Shown piece by piece: positions 47,459-57,211 of a DNA stretch of 64,000 bases (the stretch's first letter is position 1; every line of letters begins with the position of its first letter). The stretch is from an uncultured delta proteobacterium (lineage in GTDB: Bacteria > Desulfobacterota > Binatia > Binatales > Binataceae). Below the pieces are notes generated by a model that was not told the DNA's origin, did not search any database, and saw nothing but the letters and a program-made list of their open reading frames with translations. The stretch covers positions 128,001 through 192,000 of the forward strand of contig CAWCDG010000003.1 of the NCBI GenBank assembly GCA_963794325.1, read 5' to 3'. The translations under genes were made by a program, and so were the position numbers.

Positions 47459-48305
47459 GATCCCTCGCTGATGTTTCCGTTTTGCCTTCTTCTGCTCCGC
47501 GGGTGAGGAAAGTTTGCACACGGTGATCTTTGCAATTCTTGAGCAGATCTTTCGGGTCGCCGTGCGCGATCATCGTTCTGCTCTCCGCGTCGAGAAAAAC
47601 GCTGTTGTTGCCGATTGCAAAAATACTGGCCAGCTCGTGAGTGACGACGACCACGGTGGCGCCCAGGTTGTCGCGCAGCTCGAGGATCAAGTCGTCGAGC
47701 AGGCGCGAACTTATCGGATCGAGGCCGGCCGACGGCTCGTCGAAGAAAAGAATTTCCGGATCGAGCGCAATCGCGCGCGCGAGTCCCGCCCGCTTTTGCA
47801 TCCCGCCGCTGATTTGGCTCGGATAGTAACCCTCGAAGCCCTTCAGCCCGACCAGCGCGAGCTTCAACGCGGCGACCTCGCGAATTTCCGATTGCGACAG
47901 ATCGGTAAATTCGCCGAGCGGCAGTCCGACGTTTTCCGCCAGGGTCATCGAGCTCCACAGCGCACCGCTCTGGTACAGAACGCCGAAGTGCCGCAGCATC
48001 TCTTCGCGCTCTTCCGGCTCGCCCTTGGTGAAATTGAAGTCGCCGTACCAGACCTCGCCCTTGGCAGGCTCGATGAGTCCCAGCATGTGGCGGAGCAGGG
48101 TGCTTTTGCCGCTGCCGCTGCCGCCCATGATGATGAAGATATCGCCATGATTGACGGTGAAGTTTATATCTTTCATCAGCACGAAATCGCCGTACGCCAT
48201 CGTAAGATTCTTCACCGTGATCGGCGGCGGTCCGTCCTTCGGAAACTTTATCTTGGAAACCGGCTTCCCGTCGGAGGCCGTTATCGATGGATGCGTCGTG
48301 CTCAT
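47451..48305 (-). CDS. mlaF: MlaF-like ABC ATPase
   Basis: GGSGSGKS, ISGGMQKRAGLARA and FFDEPSAGLDP motifs. Confidence 0.92.
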   Translation of the reverse strand: MSTTHPSITASDGKPVSKIKFPKDGPPPITVKNLTMAYGDFVLMKDINFTVNHGDIFIIMGGSGSGKSTLLRHMLGLIEPAKGEVWYGDFNFTKGEPEEREEMLRHFGVLYQSGALWSSMTLAENVGLPLGEFTDLSQSEIREVAALKLALVGLKGFEGYYPSQISGGMQKRAGLARAIALDPEILFFDEPSAGLDPISSRLLDDLILELRDNLGATVVVVTHELASIFAIGNNSVFLDAESRTMIAHGDPKDLLKNCKDHRVQTFLTRGAEEGKTETSARDHG

Positions 48306-49582
48306 TTCAGCGCGTCGCGCTCAGTCTCGCGACCGGAGCCCTGGCTAATTTGATCGGCGAGATACTGAAAGACTTCGCGCCACTGTCGCGGGTCGATTCC
48401 ATCGTCGTCGGCCGTCCGTATGATCACGACTTTCGTCCTTGGCGAGACGAAGATGAACTGGCCGTAGGTGCCGATGCCTATAAAGCTGTAGTCGCTCGGT
48501 CCCTGCGAAATACCCCACCAGAAGTATTTGTAGTAACCACCCTTGTCTTGCCATCGAGAGAAGGTTTCCCAGGGCCGATGGTCATTCGGATCGGGGCCAG
48601 TCGATTCGTGGACCCAATTGGCGGGGACGACCTGCCTGCCGTCCCAGTTGCCGCCGTTCAGATAGAGCCTGCCGAACTTGGCGAGGTCGATCGCTCGCGC
48701 GTTGAGCAGTATGGGCGTCAGCTCGAAGTCATCGGCGTGGCTGTCGATGCTCCAGGTGGCCGGATACTCCATGCCGATGGGCTGCCAGATTTTTTCCTGC
48801 AAGTATTGGCTGGGCTGCCGATGCGTGGTTCGTTCCAGGATCATGCCGATCAGTTCGGCGTTGAAATTGTTGTAGTGAAACGATTGACCCGGCGGCTCCA
48901 TGATCTTCAGATCCGACAACAGCAATTGCCGGATATCGGGGTAATAGCCGGCCAGCACGAATTCGTCCCATGGGAAGAAGTTGATACGGTACTGAATGCC
49001 CGAGCCCATCGTCAGAAGATTCCTGACCGTAATCGCGCCGAAGCCCTGCGCCTTCAACTCCGGCAGGTAGTCTACGATCGGATCGTCGAGGCTTTTGATA
49101 TAGCCCTCGGCGATCGCGATACCGACCAGCGCCGAGGTGACGGATTTCGACAGCGACCATGCCGTGCACAGAGAGTCGCGCGAGAAACCGTTGAAATAAT
49201 CCTCGGCGAGCAGCTGGTTGTCCCTGACGACAATGAACGCATGAGTGCGCGTCGTGCGAAGCAGGTCGAGCAACGCGACCCGCTTCACGACATCGCCGTC
49301 GGCATACTCCACCGTAGTGGGAATCCGATCGTTGCCGCCCGGCGCGAAATGAAACGCGGCCGGCGACTTGTTGATGGTATGATATCCGTAACTCAGGTAA
49401 TCGTCGGAACGAGGCGAGACGACACGTTGCGCACCCCACACGAAATAGCGGTAGAGATAAGCCGGTTGAGTCCATGCCGCGGCGCTCGCGGGCAAATCGA
49501 GCAGGACGACAGCCGCTATGCTGACCAACAGCGTCACGAGCCGCGTTGCGATCCGGGGTTTGTGAATTACCGGGATAGGCAC
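48302..49582 (-). CDS. Secreted serine hydrolase (beta-lactamase class C/NylB-like)
   Basis: Signal peptide, SLSK (SxxK), LLTMGSG, FHYNN (YxN), DLAKFGRLYL and GTYGQFIFV motifs. Confidence 0.9.
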   Translation of the reverse strand: MPIPVIHKPRIATRLVTLLVSIAAVVLLDLPASAAAWTQPAYLYRYFVWGAQRVVSPRSDDYLSYGYHTINKSPAAFHFAPGGNDRIPTTVEYADGDVVKRVALLDLLRTTRTHAFIVVRDNQLLAEDYFNGFSRDSLCTAWSLSKSVTSALVGIAIAEGYIKSLDDPIVDYLPELKAQGFGAITVRNLLTMGSGIQYRINFFPWDEFVLAGYYPDIRQLLLSDLKIMEPPGQSFHYNNFNAELIGMILERTTHRQPSQYLQEKIWQPIGMEYPATWSIDSHADDFELTPILLNARAIDLAKFGRLYLNGGNWDGRQVVPANWVHESTGPDPNDHRPWETFSRWQDKGGYYKYFWWGISQGPSDYSFIGIGTYGQFIFVSPRTKVVIIRTADDDGIDPRQWREVFQYLADQISQGSGRETERDALK

Positions 49583-50734
49583 TTAGATTCCCAGCACGTT
49601 GAAGACGAAGGCGAAGATCCCGCACGCCACGATTACGTACACGATTCCGGTGACCACTGCCTCAGTCGCCGCATCGCCGACTGCCGACGAGCTGTTGCCG
49701 CACTGGAAGCCGCGCAAGCATCCGGCGACTGCGATGATAATTCCGTAAACGGCAGCCTTGAAGACGCCGCCCATGATATCGCCGAGCGTGATCGCCGCCT
49801 TGGTTTCGCGAAGATAGGTGCCGAACGGAATGTGCAGCATCGTCGCACTGACGAACGCGCCGCCCGCGACGCCCAGGCAATCGGCGTAAACGCATAGCAG
49901 CGGGATCATCAGGAACAGGGCGAGGACGCGCGGCAACACCAGGAATTCGAGGGGCGAGATGCCCATCGTGGTCAGCGCGTCGATCTCCTGCGTCACCTTC
50001 ATCGAGCCGAGCTGCGCGGCAAACGCGGCGCCGGTGCGGCCCGCCATGATGATCGCGGTCATCATCGCTCCCATGTCGCGGCTCATCGCGATGCCGACCA
50101 GGTCGGCGACGTAAATTGTCGCGCCGAATTGCTGCAACTGCACTGCGCCCATGAACGCCAGAATCACGCCGACCAGGAAGGTGACCAGGGTGACGATGCC
50201 GAACGCGTTGGCGCCGCAATCCTGGATAATGATCATCAGGTCGACTCGGCGAAAACGCGCCTTGCCGACGGTCAGCCTGGCGAATGAGATCGCGACTTCG
50301 CCGAGGAAGCGCAGGAATTCGTCGAGTCCTTGCGCATACGAGAGCGCCTCGTGGCCAACCTCCGCGAGAAACGACGAATGCGACGCTTCATGCCGCGCTC
50401 CGGTTTTCTCCGGCACCGCCTCGGCCAGTGAGATAAGGCCGCGCACGCCCTCGGGAAGCGGGCTCCATTCAGCGGGCAACTTGCGCTTCTGGCAGATCTC
50501 GCTGACGCCCATCAGGAACGTGAGCAATCCGCTGTCCCAGTCGCCAAGATCGGCGGCGTCGAAGGTCAGCCTGGTTGGCTTCGGCGCGGTGTCGAGTTGT
50601 TTTTCTACTAAGGCCGCAGACGGCAGTCCGCGACGAAGATGCCAATCGCCGGCGAGGCGGAGGACCAGCGTCGAGTTATCGGCGCGTGCAAACGAAAGTT
50701 CGCCCGATTGTTGGGATTGTTTGTGCGCCTCCAT
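49583..50734 (-). CDS. mlaE: MlaE-like permease with N-terminal STAS domain
   Basis: LGDWDSG STAS-like segment; AGRTGAAFAAQLGSMKVTQEIDAL and VGDAAT.AVV motifs. Confidence 0.92.
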   Translation of the reverse strand: MEAHKQSQQSGELSFARADNSTLVLRLAGDWHLRRGLPSAALVEKQLDTAPKPTRLTFDAADLGDWDSGLLTFLMGVSEICQKRKLPAEWSPLPEGVRGLISLAEAVPEKTGARHEASHSSFLAEVGHEALSYAQGLDEFLRFLGEVAISFARLTVGKARFRRVDLMIIIQDCGANAFGIVTLVTFLVGVILAFMGAVQLQQFGATIYVADLVGIAMSRDMGAMMTAIIMAGRTGAAFAAQLGSMKVTQEIDALTTMGISPLEFLVLPRVLALFLMIPLLCVYADCLGVAGGAFVSATMLHIPFGTYLRETKAAITLGDIMGGVFKAAVYGIIIAVAGCLRGFQCGNSSSAVGDAATEAVVTGIVYVIVACGIFAFVFNVLGI

Positions 50735-50845
50735 CGATGCGGCTCAATAGCACGCCGCTAAAAGGTAGCACAATTCGCCGCTTTTCGATGAGTTAACAGG
50801 CCGTTTGGCAAGCCAATGACGGGCGCATGGAATACAATATTTCCA

Positions 50846-51847
50846 ATGAAGGCGATGGTGGTCGAAAAGCCGGCACCGATCGAATCGGATCCGCTCCACG
50901 CGGTCGAGGCGCGCGTTCCCGAACCCGGTCCCGGCGAAATTCTGGTCCGCGTGAAGACCTGCGGAGTTTGCCGCACCGACCTTCACGTCGCCGAGGGTGA
51001 CCTGCCGCCGCGTCATCCGCGAATAATTCCCGGTCATGAAATTGTAGGCGTCGTGGACAAGCGCGGTGTCGGCGCGGCTCGATTCAAGCAGGGTGATCGC
51101 GTCGGTATCGCATGGCTGCGCGAGACCTGTGGCGTCTGTGTCTATTGCCGTCGCGGCCGCGAGAACCTATGCCCGAACGCGCGCTTCACTGGCTACGATC
51201 ACGACGGCGGCTACTGCGAATACGCTGTCGTGCGGGAGGACTTCGCGTATGCGCTCCCCGACTCGCTCGGCGATGAGGAAGCGGCGCCGCTGCTGTGCGC
51301 CGGAATAATTGGATACCGCGCAATCAAGCGCGCCGACATCAAGCCCGGCGCGACGGTTGGCCTCTACGGCTTCGGCGGCTCGGCGCATCTTGCGATCCAA
51401 GTGCTGCGGCATTGGGGATGCCGGGTGTTCGTGATGAGCCGCGGCGGAGCGCATCGCGATTTGGCGAAGGATCTCGGCGCCGAATGGATCGGCAATGCGG
51501 AAGATACGCCGCCCGCGCCGCTCGACGCGGCAATCCTGTTCGCGCCCGCAGGAAATCTCGTGCTGCCGGCGATGCAAGCGCTCGATCGCGGTGGTATCCT
51601 CGCCGTCGCGGGAATCTACCTAAGTCCGATTCCCACTCTCGATTACGAAAAACATCTGTTCTATGAAAAAGAGCTTCGCAGCGTGACCGCCAACACCCGC
51701 GCCGACGGCGAAGAGTTTCTGAAACTCGCAGCCGAGATTCCCGTTCGCATCAGCACAATGGCCTTCGGCCTCGCCGAAGCAAACGTCGCGCTCAAGATGC
51801 TGAAGCACGACGAAATCAAGGGAGCAGGGGTGCTCAGGATCTCGTAG
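50846..51847 (+). CDS. Zinc-dependent alcohol dehydrogenase family protein
   Basis: CGVCRTDLH, PGHEIVG, CGVCVYC...ENLC, APLLCAG and GLYGFG motifs. Confidence 0.94.
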   Translation: MKAMVVEKPAPIESDPLHAVEARVPEPGPGEILVRVKTCGVCRTDLHVAEGDLPPRHPRIIPGHEIVGVVDKRGVGAARFKQGDRVGIAWLRETCGVCVYCRRGRENLCPNARFTGYDHDGGYCEYAVVREDFAYALPDSLGDEEAAPLLCAGIIGYRAIKRADIKPGATVGLYGFGGSAHLAIQVLRHWGCRVFVMSRGGAHRDLAKDLGAEWIGNAEDTPPAPLDAAILFAPAGNLVLPAMQALDRGGILAVAGIYLSPIPTLDYEKHLFYEKELRSVTANTRADGEEFLKLAAEIPVRISTMAFGLAEANVALKMLKHDEIKGAGVLRIS

Positions 51848-51887
51848 TCGCGTTGACTACGCCGAGGCCGGGATGCATCCTCAAGGC

Positions 51888-52283
51888 ATGAGCGTTTTCG
51901 TAAGCTACTCATCGACCGATCAAAAGTGGGCGAAAGAGCTGATTTCGCACCTCGAAGAGGAAGGACTCAAGATTCGGGACCCTCGGTCGGAGTTCTTCCC
52001 GGGTGACAATTGGTCGCTTGAGATCGGAAAAGCGCTGGAATCCTCTAATGCGCTCGTTCTGCTGGTCTCACCTTCAGCGATAAAATCTGAGTCTTTTCGC
52101 CGCGAGACTGAGTACGCCCTTGGCTCAAAAAGATTCCGCGATCGCCTTATTCCCGTGATCGTGAAAGACACGCCCAAGTTGCCTTGGATTCTTCGGCACC
52201 TTAATCCTGAAAAAGGAGATCCGTCCAGGGTGAGCAAGCGAATTCTCAAGAGACTAACGGCGGCAGAATCATCAGCAAACTGA
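51888..52283 (+). CDS. Stand-alone TIR domain protein 1
   Basis: VFVSYSSTD, PGDNW..EIGKALESS, LLVSPSAIKSESFRRE.EYAL and LIPVIV motifs. Confidence 0.88.
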   Translation: MSVFVSYSSTDQKWAKELISHLEEEGLKIRDPRSEFFPGDNWSLEIGKALESSNALVLLVSPSAIKSESFRRETEYALGSKRFRDRLIPVIVKDTPKLPWILRHLNPEKGDPSRVSKRILKRLTAAESSAN

Positions 52284-52290
52284 CGATCTG

Positions 52291-52695
52291 GTGCCGGTTC
52301 CAAAAAAGCTATTCCTTTCGCACGCGAGCGTAGACCGTCCATTCGTAAACAGGCTGGCTACATTTCTGATGGGACGAAAAATCCCTTTCTGGTACAGCAA
52401 GCGTCATCTTGTAGGGGCTCAGCAGTGGCACGATGAGATCGGGAAAGCACTCAAGAGTTGTGATTGGTTTCTGGTGGTTATTTCTCCTGCGGCGGTGAGA
52501 TCCAAATGGGTAAAGCGGGAATTGATGTACGCGTTGAATGACGATCGCTACGAAAACCGGATTATTCCGTTGCTTTACAAGCCGTGCGACACCGAAGCGT
52601 TGTCATGGACGCTCGCGAGCCTGCAGCGTGTCGATTTTTCTAAAAACTTCGAAGAGAGCTGTCGCGAGTTAACCAAGATCTGGCGGCGTAGTTAG
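52291..52695 (+). CDS. Stand-alone TIR domain protein 2
   Basis: LFLSHASVD, W.DEIGKAL, VVISPAAVRSKWVKRELMYAL, IIPLLY and LQRVDF motifs. Confidence 0.9.
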   Translation: MPVPKKLFLSHASVDRPFVNRLATFLMGRKIPFWYSKRHLVGAQQWHDEIGKALKSCDWFLVVISPAAVRSKWVKRELMYALNDDRYENRIIPLLYKPCDTEALSWTLASLQRVDFSKNFEESCRELTKIWRRS

Positions 52696-52712
52696 CTTTC
52701 ACGCGTAAAGCG

Positions 52713-53538
52713 CTACGGCAATATCGCGAATGCGCGAGCGGGGAAGCCCAGGCCATGCTGTGGCTTCGGCCAGCTCACTACTATCAACGCGCCGGTGGCC
52801 GGCACCTTGTCGAGATTCGCCATCACCTCGATCTGCCAGTGGCCGTGCCTGAGCAGCCAGGTCTCGGACTCGAGAGTGGGCGTCGGGTCCGTGTCCATCG
52901 ACTCGTGGCCGTTCGCGATGATGCCGCGCTGCTCATATAGAAATCGGATCGCCGCGGGTGACCACGCCGGGAATGGATTGCGCTCGAAGCGCGCGGGATT
53001 GTTGTCCCAGTCCTTGTACATGTCGGTGCGCAACGCGGCGAAGCAGCCCGCCGGGACGCGGCCGTGGATCTGCTCCCACGCTTGAATGTCGTCGACGGTG
53101 AGCAGGTGATTGGGATCGCTCTTGAGCATCGGGGTCAGATCGAAAACCACCAGTTGGCAGGATCATCTGTTTGACGGGAATCTCGTCCACCGTTGCGCCT
53201 GCCGCGTCGAAGTGCGCAGGCGGATCGATATGCGTGCCGTACTGTCCGACCATCGCGAAGAACTGCGCGCGAAATCCGTCGTAATCGATAGTGTAAGGCC
53301 GGCCGGTCGCGGGGTCCGCGGCCGCGGAGAAAGTTGCGGGGCCGAATCCTTTCCACACCGGCGTCAAGGGACTGAACGAATGCGTCAAATCGACGAACTG
53401 CTTGGACTCGATTGTCCGGTACGCGTCCGCGAGCGATTGCGACTGCGCCGACGCGATCGCTGCCGCATCGACGATGAAAGCTACGACGAAGAGCAGCAAC
53501 AACGCGCACGTGACCAAACGGGCTGGCGTTCTTTCCAT
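52713..53538 (-). CDS. Secreted cyclase family (kynurenine formamidase-like) protein, frameshift near 53153
   Basis: FVDLTHSF and QYGTHIDPPAHF in one frame; LRTD, GHESMDTD, QIEVMANLDKVP and GFPARAFAI in the next. Confidence 0.88.
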
Positions 53539-53706
53539 GGGCTACCTCTTCGTGGATGGTTCAGAGACCTTCAACTTTCTCTAACAGCGAAAGTTTCGCT
53601 TCACTCAGGAAGCCCGCTTCATTAGTATTCGTTGACGGGTCGACGGGATGCTTGCTAGCCTTCAACTGTAACGAATTAACCTATATATCAAGCGCCAGAG
53701 GCATCA

Positions 53707-54240
53707 ATGGCATTAACTAAAAGCGGGCTCGAGTCGGCCAAGGGCGACGAAATCCTGCTCGGCGATACCGCGGTCCTGACCCGGCTCGACAAAGCTATCG
53801 GGTGGGCGCGAAAATTTTCGATCTTTCCGTATCCGTTCGCGACCGCGTGCTGCGCGATGGAATATATGTCGCTCTCGATGACGCCCTACGACATCGATCG
53901 TTTCGGCGCGCTGCTGCCGCGCTTCACCCCGCGCCAGGCGGATCTGTTGATGGTGATCGGCACCGTGACGGTTCGCCAGGGGCCGATTCTGCGCCGGGTT
54001 TACGAGCAGATGGCGGAGCCGAAATGGGTGATGGCGTTTGGCGCGTGCGCTTCGACCGGCGGTTTTTACGACAACTATGCGACGCTTCCCGGTATCGACC
54101 GGATCGTCCCGGTTGACGTGTATGTTCCCGGATGTCCGCCGCGGCCCGAGGGCGTGCTCGACGCGCTGATGGCGTTGCAGCGGAAAATCCAGGGGCAGAA
54201 GCAGAAACTGATGGCGCTCAGCGAAAAGCATCCCGCCTGA
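53707..54240 (+). CDS. nuoB: NADH-quinone oxidoreductase subunit B
   Basis: ACCAME, PRQADL, QMAEPKWV..GAC and PVDVYVPGCPPRPE motifs. Confidence 0.94.
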   Translation: MALTKSGLESAKGDEILLGDTAVLTRLDKAIGWARKFSIFPYPFATACCAMEYMSLSMTPYDIDRFGALLPRFTPRQADLLMVIGTVTVRQGPILRRVYEQMAEPKWVMAFGACASTGGFYDNYATLPGIDRIVPVDVYVPGCPPRPEGVLDALMALQRKIQGQKQKLMALSEKHPA

Positions 54241-54256
54241 CGGAAACTGGACTCAA

Positions 54257-55546
54257 ATGGAACGGATACTGACTCGCTGGCTGGATATCCCTGATCTTCG
54301 CAAGCTCGACGTGTACGTCGGCAACGGCGGATACAAGGCGCTGCGCAAGGCGCTGTTCGAGATGAAGCCCGAGGAGATTATCAACGAGGTCAAGAACTCG
54401 AATCTCCGCGGACGCGGCGGAGCGGCGTTTCCCACCGGCGTGAAGTGGAGTTTCATTCCCAAAGATTCCAAGAAACCGGTGTACCTGTGCTGCAACGCCG
54501 ATGAGAGCGAGCCCGGCACGTTTGCGAATCGCTACGAGATCGAATTCGATCCGCACTGCATCATCGAGGGTATCGCGATCGCATGCCGCGCGGTCGGCGC
54601 GCATACCGCGTACACCTACCTGCGCGGCGAGTTCACCGTGCAGAAGAGAATTTTCGACGCAGCTGTCGCGGAGGCATACGCCAACAACTACCTCGGCAAG
54701 AACATCCTCGGCAGCGGCTTCGACCTCGACATCTACACGCATCGCGGTGCCGGCGCGTACATCTGTGGCGAGGAAACCGGATTGCTCGAATCGCTCGAAG
54801 GCAAGCGCGCGTATCCGCGCAATCGCCCGCCGTTCCCCGCAATCCAGGGGGCGTTCGGATGCCCGACGGTCGTAAACAATGTCGAGACGCTGTCGAACGT
54901 CCCGCACATCATCAATCGCGGCGCCGATTGGTACAAATCAATCGGCCCCGAGAAAAGTCCCGGACCGAAACTGTTCTGCCTCTCCGGCCACGTCAACAAA
55001 CCGGGCCTGTACGAATTGCCGATGGGGTTTCCGCTGAAGGATCTGATCTACGATATCGGCGGCGGAATTCTCGACGGCAAAGCGCTGAAGGGAGTAATCC
55101 CCGGCGGCTCCTCGTTTCCAATCTTCACCGCCGATGAGGCCGTCAAAGTGAACATGGATTTCGATTCTGTGCGCGCCGCGGGCTCGCTGATGGGTACAGC
55201 CGGCGTGATGGTGATCGACAGCGATACGTGCATGGTCGACGCGCTCAAGACGATCGCGCATTTTTATCATCACGAATCATGCGGACAGTGTACGCCGTGC
55301 CGCGAGGGATGCGGCTGGATCGAAAAGTTGCTCATCGAGCTAGAAGCGGGCCGCGGCAAGATGGAAGACCTCAAGGTCATGTACGAAGCCGCCGCCAACA
55401 TGGAAGGCAACACGATCTGCGTGCTGGCCGACAGCCTCTCGATGCCGGTGAAGAGCTTCCTGCCGAAATATCGCGACGAATTCGAAGCGCACATCAAGCT
55501 CGGGCGCTGTCCGTTCAAAACTGCTCCCGCACAACAGGCGGCGTGA
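54257..55546 (+). CDS. nuoF: NADH-quinone oxidoreductase subunit F
   Basis: LRGRGGAAFPTG.KW, NADESEPGT, GAGAYICGEET and ESCGQCTPCREG motifs. Confidence 0.95.
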   Translation: MERILTRWLDIPDLRKLDVYVGNGGYKALRKALFEMKPEEIINEVKNSNLRGRGGAAFPTGVKWSFIPKDSKKPVYLCCNADESEPGTFANRYEIEFDPHCIIEGIAIACRAVGAHTAYTYLRGEFTVQKRIFDAAVAEAYANNYLGKNILGSGFDLDIYTHRGAGAYICGEETGLLESLEGKRAYPRNRPPFPAIQGAFGCPTVVNNVETLSNVPHIINRGADWYKSIGPEKSPGPKLFCLSGHVNKPGLYELPMGFPLKDLIYDIGGGILDGKALKGVIPGGSSFPIFTADEAVKVNMDFDSVRAAGSLMGTAGVMVIDSDTCMVDALKTIAHFYHHESCGQCTPCREGCGWIEKLLIELEAGRGKMEDLKVMYEAAANMEGNTICVLADSLSMPVKSFLPKYRDEFEAHIKLGRCPFKTAPAQQAA

Positions 55547-55555
55547 GATAGTCGG

Positions 55556-57142
55556 ATGCCGAAGCTGACGATCGACGGCAAGGAAGTTGAGGCTGGCGCC
55601 AACCTGAATCTGATTCAGGCGGCCGAACTCGCCGATATCGAGATTCCGCACTACTGCTTCCATCCTGGCTTGTCGATCCCGGGCAACTGCCGGATGTGCC
55701 TGGTCGAAGTCGAGAAGGCGCCCAAGCTGCAAATCGCCTGCAACACGCGCGTCGCCGAAGGGATGGTCGTGCATACCACCAGCGACAAGGCGAAGATCGC
55801 GCAGAAGGCGGTGCTCGAATTCCTGCTGATCAATCATCCGATCGATTGTCCGGTTTGCGATCAGGCCGGCGAGTGCAAGCTGCAAGACTACTACATGGAC
55901 TACGATCAGCAGCCGTCGCGCTTTCCGCTGCCCGAGAAAAATCACAAGGGCAAGGCGATCGACATCGGATCGGGCGTGATGCTCGATCAGGAGAGATGCA
56001 TCCTGTGCGCGCGATGCACCCGCTTTTTCGACGAAGTGACTCACACGTCAGAACTCGCGATATTCGGGCGCGGCGATCACAACGTCATCGACATCAATCC
56101 CGGCCAGCCGGTCAACAACAAGTACGCCGGCAATGTCGTCGATATATGTCCGGTCGGCGCGCTCACTGAAAAAGATTTCCGCTTCCGGATGCGCGTATGG
56201 TACCTGCATCGCACGGCGTCGGTGTGCGGCGGATGCGAGCGCGGATGCGCGATCGACATCCATCACCATCGCGGACGCGTCTACCGCTTTAAGCCGCGCT
56301 TCAATCCGGGCGTCAATGAGTACTGGATGTGCGACGAGGGCCGCCACAGCTTCCCAGCGCTGCAGATGGAGACGCGGCTCACGTCGCCGCTAGTGCAGGC
56401 GAAGGATCAGCTGGTCGTCGAGGCGTGGGGCGAAGGCGTCCGGCGCGCGGCGTCGATCATCGCAGACTACAAGCGGACATACGGCCCCAATTCGATCGCG
56501 GCGGTAGTCGATGCGACCTCGACTAACGAGGAGGCGTTCGCGCTGAAGCAGTTTATGAAGACTGCGATCGGATCGGATCGAATCGCGGCGCTAAGTTGGT
56601 CGCCGCCCGGCGCCAGTAGCGATGATCCGTTGCTGATCCGCGCCAATAAAAATCCCAACACGCGCGGACTCGCGGCGCTCGGGTTCTCTGCCGACAGACT
56701 CGACGGCCTTGCGGCGGCAGTCGCGTCGGGCGAGCTCAAGATGCTGATCGCATTCCGCGCCGACCTGGTCCGCGCACTCGGCGAAGAGGAGTTCGTCAGG
56801 CGCTTCGGCGCGCTCGACTACATGCTGGTGCTATCGACCGACGCCAACGAAACCTGCCAGATGGCGAACCAGGTGTGGCCGATTGCGGCGTATCCTGAAC
56901 TCGACGGCAGCTTCACGAATTTCCAGGGCCGCGTGCAGCGAATCAACGCCGCGTTCCCGCCGCCGGGAAACGCAATCGCGGGCATCGAAGCAATCGCGCG
57001 GCTAGGTCATGCGCTCGACGGTACCGATCGTCCGCACACACCGGACGCAGTATTCGCCGCTATGGCATCTGCAGAGCCGGCCTTCAAGGGACTCAACCTC
57101 GCGATGTTGGGCGAGCACGGCACCGACCTCGCCGCCAGCTGA
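55556..57142 (+). CDS. nuoG: NADH-quinone oxidoreductase subunit G (short form)
   Basis: N1b CFH..GNCRMC..AC, N5 HPIDCPVCDQAGEC, N4 CILCARC..CPVGAL and N7-type CGGCERGC..C clusters. Confidence 0.9.
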   Translation: MPKLTIDGKEVEAGANLNLIQAAELADIEIPHYCFHPGLSIPGNCRMCLVEVEKAPKLQIACNTRVAEGMVVHTTSDKAKIAQKAVLEFLLINHPIDCPVCDQAGECKLQDYYMDYDQQPSRFPLPEKNHKGKAIDIGSGVMLDQERCILCARCTRFFDEVTHTSELAIFGRGDHNVIDINPGQPVNNKYAGNVVDICPVGALTEKDFRFRMRVWYLHRTASVCGGCERGCAIDIHHHRGRVYRFKPRFNPGVNEYWMCDEGRHSFPALQMETRLTSPLVQAKDQLVVEAWGEGVRRAASIIADYKRTYGPNSIAAVVDATSTNEEAFALKQFMKTAIGSDRIAALSWSPPGASSDDPLLIRANKNPNTRGLAALGFSADRLDGLAAAVASGELKMLIAFRADLVRALGEEEFVRRFGALDYMLVLSTDANETCQMANQVWPIAAYPELDGSFTNFQGRVQRINAAFPPPGNAIAGIEAIARLGHALDGTDRPHTPDAVFAAMASAEPAFKGLNLAMLGEHGTDLAAS

Positions 57143-57211
57143 ATTCCAAATTCTCGCCACAATAGATGTCGGCCTTTTTATTCGGAGGGCCGCAGGTCTA
57201 GCGCGCCGCGT

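Noticed and set aside
48287-49897. 536-aa plus-strand ORF and similar long antisense ORFs (e.g. 43031..44377, 24395..25627, 38365..39609)
   Set aside because: These are shadow ORFs opposite well-supported genes, expected from GC3-rich codon bias, and carry no motifs.
51888-52695. Canonical Thoeris system
   Set aside because: No ThsA (SIR2-SLOG or TM-Macro) effector is adjacent.
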